Positions 30,805-32,000 of a stretch of 32,000 nucleotides of DNA are shown one piece after another. The DNA is from Ignicoccus hospitalis KIN4/I (GTDB lineage: Archaea; Thermoproteota; Thermoprotei_A; Sulfolobales; Ignicoccaceae). The stretch covers positions 120,001 through 152,000 of the forward strand of contig NC_009776.1 in the NCBI RefSeq assembly GCF_000017945.1, written 5' to 3'. The notes beneath the pieces were generated by a model. That model made no database searches. It saw only the letters and a program-made list of their open reading frames with translations, and had not been told where the DNA came from. The position numbers were made by a program, and so were the translations under genes. The first letter of the stretch is position 1; every line of letters begins with the position of its first letter.

Positions 30805-31592
30805 TAACGCTAAGCTGGGGCTCTCTGGCGGCCTTGATTAGGAGGGCGGACGTAGTCGTAGAGACCGTAGACGCCCGGGTGCCGCTCAACACTCGGAGCA
30901 GGAGGCTCGAGCGCCTAGTAGAAACCATGGGTAAGCCCGTAATTATAGCCCTGAACAAGGCCGACTTGGTCCCCCGCGAAGTGGCCGAAGAGTGGACGAG
31001 GATCTTTAGGGGGGAGGGTTACGAGGCGGTTTACCTAGCCGCCAGGGAGCACAAGGGAACCCGCGTGCTTAGGAAGAAGATAAACAGAGCGACGGATGTG
31101 AGGCCCGTCGTAGTGGCGGTGGTGGGCTACCCCAAGACCGGGAAGAGTACGGTGATAAACGCCTTAAGGGGGAGGGCCGGCGCGAGCACCTCTCCCGTAC
31201 CCGGCAGCCCAGGCTTCACCAAGAGGCCCGGCCTCTACAGGGGGCCCGGTCAGATATACTTCCTCGACACGCCCGGCGTAATACCGCCCGACGGGAACCC
31301 CCTCGAGAAGACCTTGAGGGGCGCGCCGCCCGAGAAGCTCAAGGACCCGGTTGGCGTCGCCGCGGAGCTCTACAAGTTCATCAAGAAGTACAACCCCGAA
31401 GCCTTCGAAGAGGCTTACGGCTTCGACACCGGAGAGCCCTACTCTTTCTTGGAGGAGCTGGCGAGGAGGAGGGGTTGGTTCTACAAGAGCGATCACGAGC
31501 CGCTGGTGGAGGAAGCGGCCAAAGCCCTTCTCTACGATTACCACAAGGGCAAAATACCGTTCTACGTGCCGCCCGGTGAGTATTGGAGATGA
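30795..31592 (+). CDS. Circularly permuted GTPase (YlqF/RbgA/Nug-type ribosome-biogenesis GTPase family)
   Basis: G4 (ALNKADLV) precedes G1 (GYPKTGKST) and G3 (LDTPGV), the permuted order diagnostic of this family. Possible starts are ATG 30795, or ATG 30801 in an ATGA overlap with the upstream stop. Confidence 0.8.
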   Translation: MGMITLSWGSLAALIRRADVVVETVDARVPLNTRSRRLERLVETMGKPVIIALNKADLVPREVAEEWTRIFRGEGYEAVYLAAREHKGTRVLRKKINRATDVRPVVVAVVGYPKTGKSTVINALRGRAGASTSPVPGSPGFTKRPGLYRGPGQIYFLDTPGVIPPDGNPLEKTLRGAPPEKLKDPVGVAAELYKFIKKYNPEAFEEAYGFDTGEPYSFLEELARRRGWFYKSDHEPLVEEAAKALLYDYHKGKIPFYVPPGEYWR

Positions 31593-31678
31593 GGAGGGCT
31601 GGTATTGGTGAGCGCGGCGATGAACGCGGATGCCAGGGCCGAGTCCCCCGCTTGCTCGTACTCTATCCTCAGAGGAAG

Positions 31679-32000
31679 ATGCCTCGTTCGGTCCTCATCT
31701 TAGGAGCTTATTTGACCAAGCTAGGCGCGATAACTTCCTTGAAGTCCTACGAGGAGCTCAGTTGCCGCGACTTGGAACGCTTCGACCTGGTCGTCGCTAG
31801 GGGTTTGCCGTACTACTACGACTCCGTGAGGATGCTCTCCTTGATAGAGTGCTTAAGAACAGCGAGGAAGGTGATAAACGACCCGCAAGCCACGCTCGTA
31901 GCGCGCAACAAGTACGTTTCTATGAAAGTGCTCGAATCAAACGGCGTACCGGTACCGAAGACCTTTCTAGTGAGGACTAGGTTCGAATTGCTAGAAAAGG
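31679..32000 (+). CDS. ATP-grasp enzyme of the RimK/LysX family, N-terminal part (runs off the right edge of the window)
   Basis: My own translation from ATG 31679 gives MPRSVLILGAYLTK...VINDPQATLVARNKYVSMKVLESNGVPVPKTFLV. The NK-x-x-x-x-x-L...G-VP-VP-T pattern is typical of the RimK/LysX pre-ATP-grasp to ATP-grasp transition. Confidence 0.6.
   Translation, partial: MPRSVLILGAYLTKLGAITSLKSYEELSCRDLERFDLVVARGLPYYYDSVRMLSLIECLRTARKVINDPQATLVARNKYVSMKVLESNGVPVPKTFLVRTRFELLEK

Noticed and set aside
1-32000. Looked for CRISPR arrays, rRNA or tRNA genes, transposase or integrase genes, and long direct or terminal inverted repeats
   Set aside because: I found no regularly spaced repeats. No tRNA-like T-loop (GGTTCGAATCC-type) or acceptor patterns occur in the intergenic spacers. 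I recognised no rRNA signatures and no recombinase motifs. Scanning was by eye only, so short or degenerate elements could be missed.

Overview
This 32-kb window looks like chromosomal DNA from a hyperthermophilic crenarchaeon, possibly Desulfurococcales-like. That placement is an inference from several signals. GC is about 55% by eye and the proteins are rich in Lys, Glu, Val and Arg. The window encodes an archaeal-type LeuRS, an archaeal S-adenosylmethionine synthetase, RpoK, an Sm-like protein and a Sec11-type signal peptidase. AT-rich TATA-like boxes sit 25-40 nt upstream of many starts, GTG/TTG starts are frequent, and many genes overlap by 1-40 nt. I can support about 40 protein-coding genes. 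I recognised no rRNA, tRNA, CRISPR array, transposase or integrase.

Most of the window is housekeeping: leuS, rpoK, pdxS/pdxT, mat, purD, moeA, a circularly permuted GTPase, a methyltransferase, ABC transporter parts, two LivJ-type binding proteins, a universal stress protein and an SF2 helicase.

The standout is a tightly packed, co-directional six-gene cluster at 480-5228. It encodes, in order:
- a PP-loop (PAPS-reductase-like) ATPase with an unknown N-terminal domain;
- a 3-TM membrane protein whose cytosolic tail contains RLGG;
- a small winged-helix protein;
- a fusion of a ubiquitin-like beta-grasp domain with an E2/UBC-like domain;
- a JAMM/MPN+ metalloprotease with an exact HxHx7Sx2D motif;
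- a ThiF/MoeB-type E1-like adenylyltransferase.

This is a ubiquitin-like conjugation cassette in an unusual gene context and is the best candidate for a new system.

All calls rest on motif-level reading of the translations. No database search or structure prediction was possible.
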